Part shown: positions 10,985-20,285 of the stretch, in pieces | Numbering within the stretch: position 1 is the stretch's first letter | Layout of the letters: each line of letters begins with the position of its first letter | Made by a program: the position numbers and the translations under genes | Origin: Myxococcales bacterium | GTDB taxonomy: Bacteria > Myxococcota_A > Polyangia > Polyangiales > DASUME01 | Assembly: GCA_047601445.1 (NCBI GenBank) | Contig: JASGJH010000001.1 | Location: forward strand, 8,672,001 to 8,736,000 | Direction: 5' to 3' | Length of the DNA: 64,000 nucleotides | The notes under the pieces: generated by a model | Databases searched by the model: none | What the model saw: the letters and a program-made list of their open reading frames with translations, nothing else | What the model was told of the DNA's origin: nothing

Positions 10985-11455
10985 ATGCTCTCCAACGCGA
11001 AAATTGCTCGGATTTCTGTCGTTTTCTTAGGTCTGGCGACGGCCGCCTGTCACGACGACGATCCGGTCTTCCTGCCGCTGGCCGACCTGTGCGACGTCTA
11101 CGCCCAGGAGGTCTGTGACGGGCGGCAGGCCTGCTGCGAGGGCTTCGACCGCGACGTCTGCGAGAGCATGGTGCGCACCGCGTGCCGCGCGCAGTCCGAC
11201 CAACTCACGGTGGAGGCAGACCTCTCCTACGACGGAGAGCGCGCGAATCGCGTGCGCGGAGAGCTGCGCGACGCCTTGGCCCGGTGTCAGGTGCTCCCGC
11301 TCGGAGCGTTCTTCGATGGCACCCTCGGCGTCGCCGAGCCGTGTGGTCGCTCGGGTCAATGCGAGAGCGTCACCTGCAGCGCTCCGGCTCCCGGTTCGGA
11401 GATGGTGTGCTCCGATCCAGCGGCGCAGCCGCTTTGCGACCCAGCAGACATTTGA
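10985..11455 (+). CDS. Cys-rich lipoprotein
   Basis: Signal peptide ending LATAAC, many paired Cys; internal ATG of the 10409 ORF. Confidence 0.65.
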   Translation: MLSNAKIARISVVFLGLATAACHDDDPVFLPLADLCDVYAQEVCDGRQACCEGFDRDVCESMVRTACRAQSDQLTVEADLSYDGERANRVRGELRDALARCQVLPLGAFFDGTLGVAEPCGRSGQCESVTCSAPAPGSEMVCSDPAAQPLCDPADI

Positions 11456-11537
11456 TGGCCATGGATTGACCGAGACGCGCCAGTCGGCCTTGCGATGAAC
11501 CCGCTGCGCAGGCATAACGTGGGGCAATCAGCTCCCT

Positions 11538-13151
11538 ATGCGCCTCGTCTGCGACAGTTGCAGTGCTCTGTACACCATCGAAGATGGCCTGGTGGGTACG
11601 CGTGACTTCCGCGTGTCCTGCAAGAGCTGCGGGAAGCCCATCTTCGTCAAGAGCGCTCGGCAGGTGACGGTGGGTTCGACATTGGGAGCGACCCATCGCG
11701 TGCGCTTGCCCGGCTCGGCGCTGCCCAAGCCCTCGTTCTTGGCCGCCTTTGCGGCTCGCCACGAGCAGCGGGCCAAGGCCACACCGGTGCCCGGTGCCGA
11801 GGAGTGGTTCATCTCTGTGGATGGCACCCAGCGCGGACCCCTTAGCGTGCACGACATGGCGACCATGTTCGAGGCCGGGAGCCTGGACTGGGGCACTGAG
11901 GTTTGGCGCGAAGGGCTCAAGGGCTGGCGGCCCGCTCGGCGCGATGCCTTGCTCGTGACATCCGTGGCGGGCGCTCGAGGTCCCGTCAACGACACCACGC
12001 GCCTCGACGCAGCGCGCTCCTTCTTGGCCAGCGAGGACACGGTCGTCGAGCCTCGGCCAGGCCACGCCAAGGGCCGCGCCCGCAGCATTCGGAGCGCTCG
12101 CAACGACAGCACCGATGCCACCGAGAAGCACGTGCTCGAGCTGCGAGATCCTTCGGCTCACGCGGCCGAGGGCGCGCTTCGACCGGCTCACGCGGCCGAG
12201 GGCGCGCTTCGACCGGCTCACGCGGCCGAGGGCGCGCTTCGACAGGCTCGCGCACCCGAGGGCGCGCTTCGACAGGCTCGCGCACCCGAAGGCGCGCTTC
12301 GACAGGCCGCCAAGGGCGAGGCCCTGCCGGATCTGCGGCCGAGCGCGCGCCCGCAGGCGTGGCACAGCCCGGAGAACACGGCTTTCCGCGAGGCCCTCGG
12401 GCTACCCACCGATTCGTCGTCCTCGCAGGAGGCCTCTGCCGTCGAGCCCCCCGCACAAGCGCCGGTCGAGCAGGCGGCGAACAGTAACCCGCCTGGTCCC
12501 ACGTTGGCTGATGCGTTCGCCAGCGCCACGCGCCTGCTCGAGGAGCATCAGGCCGATCGCGCGGAACAGCGGCCGTCCGGCATCATCGACTTGCTTCCGG
12601 CCCACTGGCTCGAGCGCTTCAATGACTTCTACGAGCGTCATCTCAACAGCCACTATCTCGTCGCGCTGAGCTCGTTCGCGGCGGGCGTGCTGGTCACGGC
12701 CATGGTGCTCGGTCGGCCTGTGCCCAGCGAGACCCCTGCCATCGCGCAAGCGCCCGCCGCACCGGTGGTGGTTGCCCAGGCTCCTTCCGCACCTGTACAG
12801 CCGGAGCTCGTGGAGTCGGCGCTGATGCCGGTCGCCACCGCGCAGCCGGCGGTGGGCAGTGCGCTGGCGGCTCCCGCGCCCACACTGCGGGAGTTGCCAA
12901 CCGTCGAGGATCTGCGCCGCGAAGTGCGCAAGGTCGCGCCCGACGTGAGGCGTTGCGTCGAAGACCCCAATGCGGGCGTCGACGTCGACATCTACCTCGC
13001 GGGGCTCACGGGACGCGTGCGCGACGTGGACGTGCGTTCCTCGCTGATCCCTCCCGGACGCGCGGCGTGCATCATTCACGCGGTGCGCAAGATGGAGGTC
13101 TCGCCGTTCACGCGTGGCGAGCTCAAGCTGATGCACAAGTTCTCCTGGTGA
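11538..13151 (+). CDS. Zinc-ribbon (MJ0042-type) + GYF_2 domain bitopic membrane protein, GltJ/AgmX-like architecture
   Basis: CDSC..CKSC, WFISVDGTQRGPLS..VWREGLKGW, one TM helix, C-terminal domain with a Cys pair. Confidence 0.75.
   Translation: MRLVCDSCSALYTIEDGLVGTRDFRVSCKSCGKPIFVKSARQVTVGSTLGATHRVRLPGSALPKPSFLAAFAARHEQRAKATPVPGAEEWFISVDGTQRGPLSVHDMATMFEAGSLDWGTEVWREGLKGWRPARRDALLVTSVAGARGPVNDTTRLDAARSFLASEDTVVEPRPGHAKGRARSIRSARNDSTDATEKHVLELRDPSAHAAEGALRPAHAAEGALRPAHAAEGALRQARAPEGALRQARAPEGALRQAAKGEALPDLRPSARPQAWHSPENTAFREALGLPTDSSSSQEASAVEPPAQAPVEQAANSNPPGPTLADAFASATRLLEEHQADRAEQRPSGIIDLLPAHWLERFNDFYERHLNSHYLVALSSFAAGVLVTAMVLGRPVPSETPAIAQAPAAPVVVAQAPSAPVQPELVESALMPVATAQPAVGSALAAPAPTLRELPTVEDLRREVRKVAPDVRRCVEDPNAGVDVDIYLAGLTGRVRDVDVRSSLIPPGRAACIIHAVRKMEVSPFTRGELKLMHKFSW
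12154..12307 (+). repeat. 30-bp coding tandem repeat, 5 copies (xAHAAEGALR x3, QARAPEGALR x2)
   Basis: Unit cggctcacgcggccgagggcgcgcttcgac read directly. Confidence 0.95.
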
Positions 13152-13154
13152 TCG

Positions 13155-13324
13155 CGCTCAAGCCGCGCATCGCCAGCGCGCGCTCAAGCCGCGCATCGCC
13201 AGCGCGCGCTCAAGCCGCGCATCGCCAGCGCGCGCTCAAGCCGCGCATCGCCAGCGCGCGCTCAAGCCGCGCATCGCCAGCGCGCGCTCAAGCCGCGCAT
13301 CGCCAGCGCGCGCTCAAGCCGCGC
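13155..13324. repeat. 26-bp perfect tandem repeat, about 6.5 copies
   Basis: Unit cgctcaagccgcgcatcgccagcgcg; tcaagcc recurs at 13158, 13184, 13210, 13236, 13262, 13288, 13314. Confidence 0.97.
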
Positions 13325-14537
13325 GACGCGCGTCGCGGAAGCGGTCGAAGAGGGCCAGCAGGGCCCGGGCGTTGTCCTGGGCGTCGTGCATCTCGCGCAC
13401 GCGCCGGTAGCCCACTTGTCCCATGGCGCTCAAGGTCTTGGTGTCCGTGTCGAGTGCTCGCTCCATCGCGCCCGCCACATGCTCCACCGAGCCTGCGGGC
13501 ACCAGGAAGCCGCACTCGTTGTCCCGCACCAGCTCCGGGATCCCCGCTACGTACGTGCTGATCACCGGGCGCCCACGTCCGAGCGCTTCCATCAGCACTA
13601 CCGGTAAGCCCTCGGCGAAGCTCGGCAGCACGAATACACGCGCTTCCTCGATCTCGCGTTGCACCGTCTCGCCCGAAGCCCAGCCGGTGATGCGCACGTG
13701 GGCTTCGATGCCCTCGCGGGCGATCAACGCCTCGACTTCCTTGCGCATCGGGCCGTCCCCCACCAACACCAGCTCGAGCTTTCGTCCGCGCTGCAGCAGC
13801 CGAGCCGCGGCTTCCACCAACAGCAGCTGGCCCTTCTGTTCGCACAGTCGACCGACGCTCACGAAGCGCGGTCGCTCGGGCAGCGCGGTAGGCCGGCGCG
13901 CCACGTAGCTTGCGTCCACACCGCAGCGCACCACATGGATCTTGTCCCACTGATGGGCGTCGCAATATCGGTACAGCTGGCTGCGCCCGAAGCTGCTCAC
14001 ACCCACGACGAACGATGCATGATTGATCTTCTCGCGCAGGCTCAGGAGATCGGGCTTGTCGAACTCTTCGGGGCCGTGCGCCGTAAACGAGTAGCTGGGA
14101 CCCCCGAGGACGCGTGTCAGCATGGCGACGGCAGCGGGGTTCGTCCCGAAATGGGCATGCAAGTGATCTACCGGGTCCCGCTCGAACGCCTCCAGCAGGG
14201 CGCACGCCTCCGCCAAGTAGGCCAAATTTCGAAGCAACCCTCGGTCTGAGCGCTTCCCCACGGCCATCGAAAGCGCCTGGGCGCGCGCGAACGCTGCAGG
14301 ACGGCTGGCCGCCACCCGCGCCACGCTCAACATCAGCGCGTTGCCGCCCGGGGCCAGCAGGGCCGCTGTGAGCTCTCGCTCACGTCGATCGGCGGGGTCC
14401 GGCAATGCTTCCAGAGGTGTCGGGCGCATCGAGTAGCGGGCGACTCCGACTCCAAGTTCCTCGAGCCCTTCGATTTCTCGCCTTACGAAGGTGTGGCTGA
14501 TCGAGGGGTACTGATTGACGAGGTATGCGACGCGCAC
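13314..14537 (-). CDS. Glycosyltransferase family 4 (WcaL-like, exopolysaccharide synthesis)
   Basis: YLVNQYPSISHTF, HAHFGTN, VGRLCEQKG, EGLPVVLMEA. Confidence 0.9.
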   Translation of the reverse strand: MRVAYLVNQYPSISHTFVRREIEGLEELGVGVARYSMRPTPLEALPDPADRRERELTAALLAPGGNALMLSVARVAASRPAAFARAQALSMAVGKRSDRGLLRNLAYLAEACALLEAFERDPVDHLHAHFGTNPAAVAMLTRVLGGPSYSFTAHGPEEFDKPDLLSLREKINHASFVVGVSSFGRSQLYRYCDAHQWDKIHVVRCGVDASYVARRPTALPERPRFVSVGRLCEQKGQLLLVEAAARLLQRGRKLELVLVGDGPMRKEVEALIAREGIEAHVRITGWASGETVQREIEEARVFVLPSFAEGLPVVLMEALGRGRPVISTYVAGIPELVRDNECGFLVPAGSVEHVAGAMERALDTDTKTLSAMGQVGYRRVREMHDAQDNARALLALFDRFRDARRAA

Positions 14538-14743
14538 AGAGAAAAGCTTAGACAGAAAATTTGAGCCCAGCGCGAACCGCGCGTGGCTCGCAGCGGCCTT
14601 GCTCGCCGCTGCGGGACGGCTGACGCAGCAGCCGTAAGTGGTGTCACCGAATCGCGCCGAAATCCTTGATTGCCCGAACTCTTTCAGGGTAAGCCCTCAG
14701 CCTCGGATCCGTCGATCCAGGCCGAATCGGGAGTTCTTCGCTT

Positions 14744-15574
14744 ATGAAAAAAATCGACATCATCCGCGCGTCGTTGGTGATCGGACTCGTGTTCGCGGGT
14801 TGCGGAGATAGCCCGGCGCCCAAGCCCTTCATGTTTCCAACCCCGAACGACACCGGCGACGGTGATGGCGATGGGGATGGCGACGGCGACGGAGATGGTG
14901 ACGGCGACGGAGATGGTGACGGCGACGGAGATGGCGACGGCGACGGAGATGGTGACGGCGATGGAGACATGGACGCCAGCACCGATCGGGACGCCGACAC
15001 GGCCGATGCAGGCGACGCGGGGAGCGACGCCGGAGACGGCGGCTCGCACCATGATGCGGGTCACGATGGTGGAACGCACCAGCCCGATGCCGGTCACGAC
15101 GCGGGCCCCTGCGGCCAGGTCGCTTCGGGCGCCAGCAACTACCTCGGCAACAGCTGCGAGGGCGTGGTCACCTGTCAGGATCCGAGCTCTGCGCAGAGCG
15201 GCAAGTTCGTGGTCTCCTGCGAGCTCGGCGATCCCGACGTGCCCAGCCATCACTGCTGCATCGGCAATCCCCGCCCCTCCAGCACCTGCCGCACGGCCGG
15301 CTGCGATACCGACGAGGTGGAGGCCACCTGCGACGGTCCCGAAGACTGCACCTCGGGCATCAACGGCAAGGGCTACTGCTGCATCGCCAACTTCACGATG
15401 AAGAACAACTCCCTCTTCTGCGCCTCCGACCCGTGCACGGATCCCACGACGACCGTGTGCCACAAGGATGCCGACTGCCCGACGGGCTACCAGTGCAAGG
15501 CCGGTCACTCGTTCAGCTTCGACCTCTACTCGGCCGACGCGGCCAAGTGGTTCGGCTTCTGCTACAAGAAGTGA
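14744..15574 (+). CDS. Lipoprotein with (Gly-Asp)19 linker and Cys-rich C-terminal domain
   Basis: Lipobox FAGC, GD tract, DAG repeats, 18 Cys in the C-terminal region. Confidence 0.8.
   Translation: MKKIDIIRASLVIGLVFAGCGDSPAPKPFMFPTPNDTGDGDGDGDGDGDGDGDGDGDGDGDGDGDGDGDGDGDGDMDASTDRDADTADAGDAGSDAGDGGSHHDAGHDGGTHQPDAGHDAGPCGQVASGASNYLGNSCEGVVTCQDPSSAQSGKFVVSCELGDPDVPSHHCCIGNPRPSSTCRTAGCDTDEVEATCDGPEDCTSGINGKGYCCIANFTMKNNSLFCASDPCTDPTTTVCHKDADCPTGYQCKAGHSFSFDLYSADAAKWFGFCYKK
14855..14968 (+). repeat. Hexanucleotide GGN-GAY repeat encoding (GD)19
   Basis: Read directly; internal 18-bp periodicity. Confidence 0.95.
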
Positions 15575-15660
15575 GTTGAGAGCGTCGGTCGAGGGGGAGG
15601 GCACGAGCCTTCCCGCCCGACGCGGGGCCCAGCCGTCGCCGGTCGTGCGCGCCCTAAACC

Positions 15661-16350
15661 ATGCGTCCGCAAAGCAAAGCCGCCCCCGGTCCGCTGCCGG
15701 TGCTGTATCGAGATGACGCGCTGATCGTCGTCAACAAGCCGAGCGCTTTGTCGGCGCACCGTGGCTGGTCCGACGAGGGCGGTGACTATGTGCTCACGCG
15801 GGTCCGCGACTTCGTCGGGCAGCACGTGTACCTCGTGCACCGGCTCGACCGCGCCACCAGCGGAGTCATCGTGCTCGCGCTGCAGAGCGAGCATGTGGAG
15901 CCGCTTCAGCGGGCCTTTCAGGAAGGCCGCGTCGACAAGCGCTATCTCGCCCTGGCTCGCGGGCCCATGCCCGAACACTGTGTCGTCGACTACGCCATCC
16001 CGCGCGGCGAGGACGACAAAGAAGACCGCGTCGAGGCGCGCACCGAGTTTCGTCTGCTGGGACTCCATGCGGGTCGCTATTCGCTCGTGGAGGCCCACCC
16101 GACCACCGGGCGGCTGCACCAGATTCGACGTCATCTGAAGCACATCTTTCGTCCGATCATCGGCGACACCACCTACGGCGACGGCAAAGAGAACCGCCTC
16201 TTCCGGGAACGCTTCCACCTGCACCGCCTCGCACTGCACGCGAGCTCGCTCGCCTTTCCGCACCCCGTGACAGGCGAGTTGGTGAGCGTGACCGCCCCAT
16301 TGCCGCCCGACCTGGCCGAGCCCTTTGCGGCCATGGGCTTCGACGTCTGA
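15661..16350 (+). CDS. RluA/TruC-family pseudouridine synthase
   Basis: VVNKPS, VHRLDRATSG, TGRLHQIRRHL, PIIGDTTYG, LHA. Confidence 0.9.
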   Translation: MRPQSKAAPGPLPVLYRDDALIVVNKPSALSAHRGWSDEGGDYVLTRVRDFVGQHVYLVHRLDRATSGVIVLALQSEHVEPLQRAFQEGRVDKRYLALARGPMPEHCVVDYAIPRGEDDKEDRVEARTEFRLLGLHAGRYSLVEAHPTTGRLHQIRRHLKHIFRPIIGDTTYGDGKENRLFRERFHLHRLALHASSLAFPHPVTGELVSVTAPLPPDLAEPFAAMGFDV

Positions 16351-16401
16351 GGCGGGCTTCGGGAGGGGCTTGGCGAGACGCCCGAAATCGTTCACCTTCA
16401 G

Positions 16402-17451
16402 GTGGTGACTGACCAGGACGACCCGGACATCCTGCACGCGGCGTGGCACGAGCTAGGGCGTGAGGATCCGATCGTCAGTTCGATCGAGACCAGCGCCGGC
16501 GTCTCCACGAACCGCGTGTATCGCCTGCTGCTCGAGAGCGGTCGCAGCGCCTTCGCCAAGGTGTCCTCGTACGGCTCGTACGTGCACTTCCGCCAGGACC
16601 ACGCGCGCATCCGCCAGTGGATCACGCTGCTCCAACACACCAGCTACGCCTCGTTCATGGCTCCGGTGCTGCTCAAGAACGGCGAGGTCTTTACCTACGA
16701 GCAGTCGGGCGAGTGGGTGGTGTTCTACGGCGAGGCGCCGCGGCGTGGCCTGTTGCCCCGTAAGTTGAGCGACCGCGACGTGGACAATCTCGGCGCCGAG
16801 ATGGCGCGCTTCCACCAGACTTCGGCGTCCGTCGCCTCCCAGCTCGCCCCAACCTGGCAGTCACTTGGCTCCGACGTGGCAGCGCTCTACGACCAAATGC
16901 TGAGCAAAGCGGCCCAGACGGCGCGCGGCCTGAGCGCAGAGCACGCCAAGCTCATCCGCCATCACTGCGACCAATTCTTCAGCCAGTCCGAGCGCCTCGG
17001 GTACCACTCGTTCCTCAAGCTGCCCGTGCTCATCGACTGGAATCGCGGCAATTTCTCGGTGGCCTACGACGAAGAGGGTTTCCAGCTCTACAGCCGCTGG
17101 GACTACGACTGGTTTCGCATCGAGCCCCGCATGATGGATTTCTACTTCTTCTGCCGCGTGGTGCGCGAAGAGGGCGATCAGACGGTCTTCAGCTACACGT
17201 CGTCACCGCTGCTCGAGCCGCGCTTCCAGCGCTTCGTGCGCGCCTATCACGAGGTCTATCCGCTGGCGGAGAACGAGGTGCGCTTCCTCAAGGAGGCTTA
17301 CCGCTTCTTCATCCTCAACTACGTGCTGCGCACCGGCGAACACTTCTTCGTGCCCGACATCTGCGCGCGCCTCTCGCGCGAGGCCGTCACGCGCTACCTG
17401 CCCGAGCTCGAGCAGCTCGATCTCACGCCGCTGCTCGACTGCCTCAAGTAG
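16402..17451 (+). CDS. Putative APH/choline-kinase-like phosphotransferase
   Basis: STNRVYRL..FAK, MARFH, DWNRGNF catalytic-loop-like and WDYDW metal-loop-like motifs. Confidence 0.6.
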   Translation: MVTDQDDPDILHAAWHELGREDPIVSSIETSAGVSTNRVYRLLLESGRSAFAKVSSYGSYVHFRQDHARIRQWITLLQHTSYASFMAPVLLKNGEVFTYEQSGEWVVFYGEAPRRGLLPRKLSDRDVDNLGAEMARFHQTSASVASQLAPTWQSLGSDVAALYDQMLSKAAQTARGLSAEHAKLIRHHCDQFFSQSERLGYHSFLKLPVLIDWNRGNFSVAYDEEGFQLYSRWDYDWFRIEPRMMDFYFFCRVVREEGDQTVFSYTSSPLLEPRFQRFVRAYHEVYPLAENEVRFLKEAYRFFILNYVLRTGEHFFVPDICARLSREAVTRYLPELEQLDLTPLLDCLK

Positions 17452-17491
17452 TCGCCTCACGCGCCCGGTGCGTGCCCGTCGTTGTCGCCCC

Positions 17492-17529
17492 AAAAGCAAA
17501 AGCGCCGCCTCCGTGAGGAGCGCGGCGCT
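17492..17529 (-). terminator. Rho-independent terminator after glnII
   Basis: Stem agcgccgc/gcggcgct followed by TTTGCTTTT on the minus strand. Confidence 0.7.
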
Positions 17530-17554
17530 CTAGCCAACCGTGAACCGGTTGGGT

Positions 17555-18553
17555 TCAGCCGTTGGTCGTCTCGACGATCAGGCGGCAGACCGTGTAGGGA
17601 TCCATGTTCGCGTTGGGGCGACGATCCTCGAAGTAACCCTTGCCCTCCTGCTTCGTGGCGAGCGGGATGCGGATGGAGGCGCCGCGGTCGGACACGCCGT
17701 ACTTGAACTGCTTGTAGGAGCAGGTTTCGTGCTTGCCGGTGAGGCGCTTCTCGATGCCGTAACCGTAGTTGGCGATGTGGAGTTCGGCCTTCTCACCGAG
17801 CTTCTTGCAAGCTTCCTCGATGACCTTGTAGCCGCCCTCTTCGCGCATGGCCTTGGTGCTGTAGTTCGTGTGGCAGCCGGCGCCGTTCCAGTCGCCCGGC
17901 CAGGGCTTGGCGTCGAAGGAGATGTCCACGCCCTCGGTCTCGGCGATGAGCTTCAGCAGGTAGCGGCCCATCCACAGGTGGTCGCCAGATTCCACGAGAC
18001 CGGCCGGGCCGATCTGGAACTCCCACTGTCCGGGCATCACCTCGGAGTTGATGCCGGAGATCTTGAGGCCGGCAGTGATGCAGGCATCCATGTGCTTCTC
18101 GGCGATGCTGCGGCCCACGATCTCGGTGGCGCCGACGGCACAGTAGTACGGACCCTGGGGAAGGGGGTTGCCCTTCTCGGGGAAGCCGTAGGGACGGCCG
18201 TCCTTCATCATCGTGTATTCCTGCTCGAGGCCGAACCAAGCATCGAGGTCCTTGTACTTGGCGAGAGCAGCCACCGCAGCAGCGCGGGTGTTGGTCTTGT
18301 TGGGCGAGCCGTCGGCGTTGTAGACCTCGGAGAGGACGAGCAGGTTCTTGCCGCCGCGGATCGGGTCCGGAACCGAGAAGACGGGCTTGAGCACGCAGTC
18401 AGACGCGTGACCTTCGGCCTGGCCAGTCGAGGAACCATCGAAGCCCCAGTCAGGGAGCTTGCTGCCCTCGGGCAGAATCTTGGTCTTGCTACGGAGCGTC
18501 GGGGTGGGCTCGGTGCCGTCGATCCAGATGTACTCAGCCTTGATCAAACCCAT
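17555..18553 (-). CDS. glnII: Glutamine synthetase type II
   Basis: 332 aa; AEYIWIDG, WGFDGSSTGQA, EVMPGQWEFQ, GDWNGAGCH, LTGKHET, GYFEDRRP. Confidence 0.95.
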   Translation of the reverse strand: MGLIKAEYIWIDGTEPTPTLRSKTKILPEGSKLPDWGFDGSSTGQAEGHASDCVLKPVFSVPDPIRGGKNLLVLSEVYNADGSPNKTNTRAAAVAALAKYKDLDAWFGLEQEYTMMKDGRPYGFPEKGNPLPQGPYYCAVGATEIVGRSIAEKHMDACITAGLKISGINSEVMPGQWEFQIGPAGLVESGDHLWMGRYLLKLIAETEGVDISFDAKPWPGDWNGAGCHTNYSTKAMREEGGYKVIEEACKKLGEKAELHIANYGYGIEKRLTGKHETCSYKQFKYGVSDRGASIRIPLATKQEGKGYFEDRRPNANMDPYTVCRLIVETTNG

Positions 18554-18977
18554 GGTTCCTTCTCCTCAGTTGAACACGCCAAAGCCGCGTGGTGACCGTC
18601 GAACGGGCGGGGTCGCCCGCGAGCCTTCGCCGACGGTGTCGGACGCGACTCCTTGGGGACTTCTCCCCTTGCGAAATCGGGGGGAATGTAGCTCCAGTTC
18701 CCGAGCTGAGAAGAGCTTTTTCGACCGTTCAATGCGCTTTTCTTCGTTTGTTTCTTTGCGATTTCTTGGCCTGGTCAATGGGCTTTCTGAACGCAGCTTG
18801 GGGCCGTATTCAGACCCAAGAACGGAGGAAAATTGCCCCAAAGCGAGCCATGTTCCCGCAGCCTGGGCCTGAAGGAACCCGCCCGACAGTCGCCCACGGG
18901 GGCCGACATCCTCCGGCCCTCGGTCGGGTGCTCCCAGCTGTAGCTCCCGCTCACGTCCTCAAGTTACGATGCCGCCC

Positions 18978-20264
18978 ATGCAGGTTGAAGCCTTCGGGTT
19001 GACGGATGTCGGCAAGGTTCGTGAGCACAATGAGGACTATCTAAAGATCGACCCCAGCATCGGTCTGCACATCGTCTGCGACGGCATGGGCGGCCACGCT
19101 GCGGGCGAGGTCGCCTCCGACACCGCGGCCAACAGCATCCAGCGCTTTCTGCTCGAGCGGAAGAGCGTGCTGCTCGAGTTCGACGGCAGCGAGAAGAAGG
19201 GGCAAGAGGTCGCCAATCTCCTGAATCAGGCGGTGATGTTCGCCTCCAAGACCGTGTTCGACGTGGCGGCCTCCGACAAGGGCAAGCACGGCATGGGCAC
19301 CACCTGCGTGGTGTTGCTCACGCTGGGCGACAAGGGCTGGATGGCCAACGTGGGGGACAGCCGCCTGTACCTGGCGCGGGACAAGAACCTCTACCAGCTC
19401 AGCACCGACCACAACTTCATGAACGAGGCGGTGGCCCAGGGGCTGATGAGCCTCGATCAGGCGGCCCAGAGCCCCCACGCCAACGTGCTCACGCGGGCCG
19501 TCGGGGCCCAGCCCTCGGTGTGCGCGGACATGCTGGTGTTCGACATCCTGGCCGGCGATACGTTCCTGCTCTGCAGCGACGGTCTGCATGAGTACACCAA
19601 GGACCCGCTGGAGCTCTGCACGGTGCTCTCGGGGGACAAGCTACAGGCCATTCCGGACGCGCTCGTGAAGAAGGCTCTCGAGGGTGGCGGTCACGACAAC
19701 ATCTCGGCCATCATCGTGCGCGCGGTGGGCCGCGAGGAGCGCCAGCGCGAGCGCAAGACCTCCATCACGCGTGGACTCGACGCTCTCGGCGACATCGAGC
19801 TGTTCCGTGACCTGACGATGGCGGAGTTGGTCAAGGTCTACAACGTGCTCAACACAAGCGAGGTGGCCCCGGGTGCGCGCATCATCCAGGAGGGCGACAA
19901 GAGCGAGCACCTTTATGTGGTGGTGGACGGCGTGGTCGAGGTCGAGCGCGAGGGCAGCAAGATCGCGGCCCTCGGGCCAGGCACCCACTTCGGCGAGATG
20001 GCGCTGCTCAACCAGCGTGCTCGTTCGGCCACGGTCACGGCGCTCCAGCGCACCAAGCTGTTGAGCCTCGACCGCAACGACTTCCAGAACCTGATGGCCC
20101 ACGAGCCCGCCATCGCCACCAAGTTCCTCTGGAAGTTCGCGCAGACCCTGAGCTTGCGTCTCGACGACGCCTATCTCGCGCGCGACGTGCGCACCGGGCG
20201 CCAAACCATGGGGCTCGGTGAGTACCCGAGCAGCCGGCCCAGTAACGACTATCGCAAGCGTTGA
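18978..20264 (+). CDS. PP2C (Stp1-like) Ser/Thr phosphatase fused to a cyclic-nucleotide-binding domain
   Basis: REHNED, CDGMGG, NVGDSR, LCSDGL, GGHDNIS; then FGEMALL..RSATV. Start may be 18969. Confidence 0.9.
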   Translation: MQVEAFGLTDVGKVREHNEDYLKIDPSIGLHIVCDGMGGHAAGEVASDTAANSIQRFLLERKSVLLEFDGSEKKGQEVANLLNQAVMFASKTVFDVAASDKGKHGMGTTCVVLLTLGDKGWMANVGDSRLYLARDKNLYQLSTDHNFMNEAVAQGLMSLDQAAQSPHANVLTRAVGAQPSVCADMLVFDILAGDTFLLCSDGLHEYTKDPLELCTVLSGDKLQAIPDALVKKALEGGGHDNISAIIVRAVGREERQRERKTSITRGLDALGDIELFRDLTMAELVKVYNVLNTSEVAPGARIIQEGDKSEHLYVVVDGVVEVEREGSKIAALGPGTHFGEMALLNQRARSATVTALQRTKLLSLDRNDFQNLMAHEPAIATKFLWKFAQTLSLRLDDAYLARDVRTGRQTMGLGEYPSSRPSNDYRKR

Positions 20265-20285
20265 GGACGTCGAGGGGACGGAGGC

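Noticed and set aside
13155..13324. CRISPR array
   Set aside because: Units are contiguous with no spacers, and no cas genes are present
14644..15000. (Ser-Pro)n protein on the minus strand
   Set aside because: Antisense reading of the GD repeat; the same applies to 22599-22865
18554..18700. Known glutamine riboswitch
   Set aside because: The glnA and Downstream-peptide consensus segments could not be matched by eye
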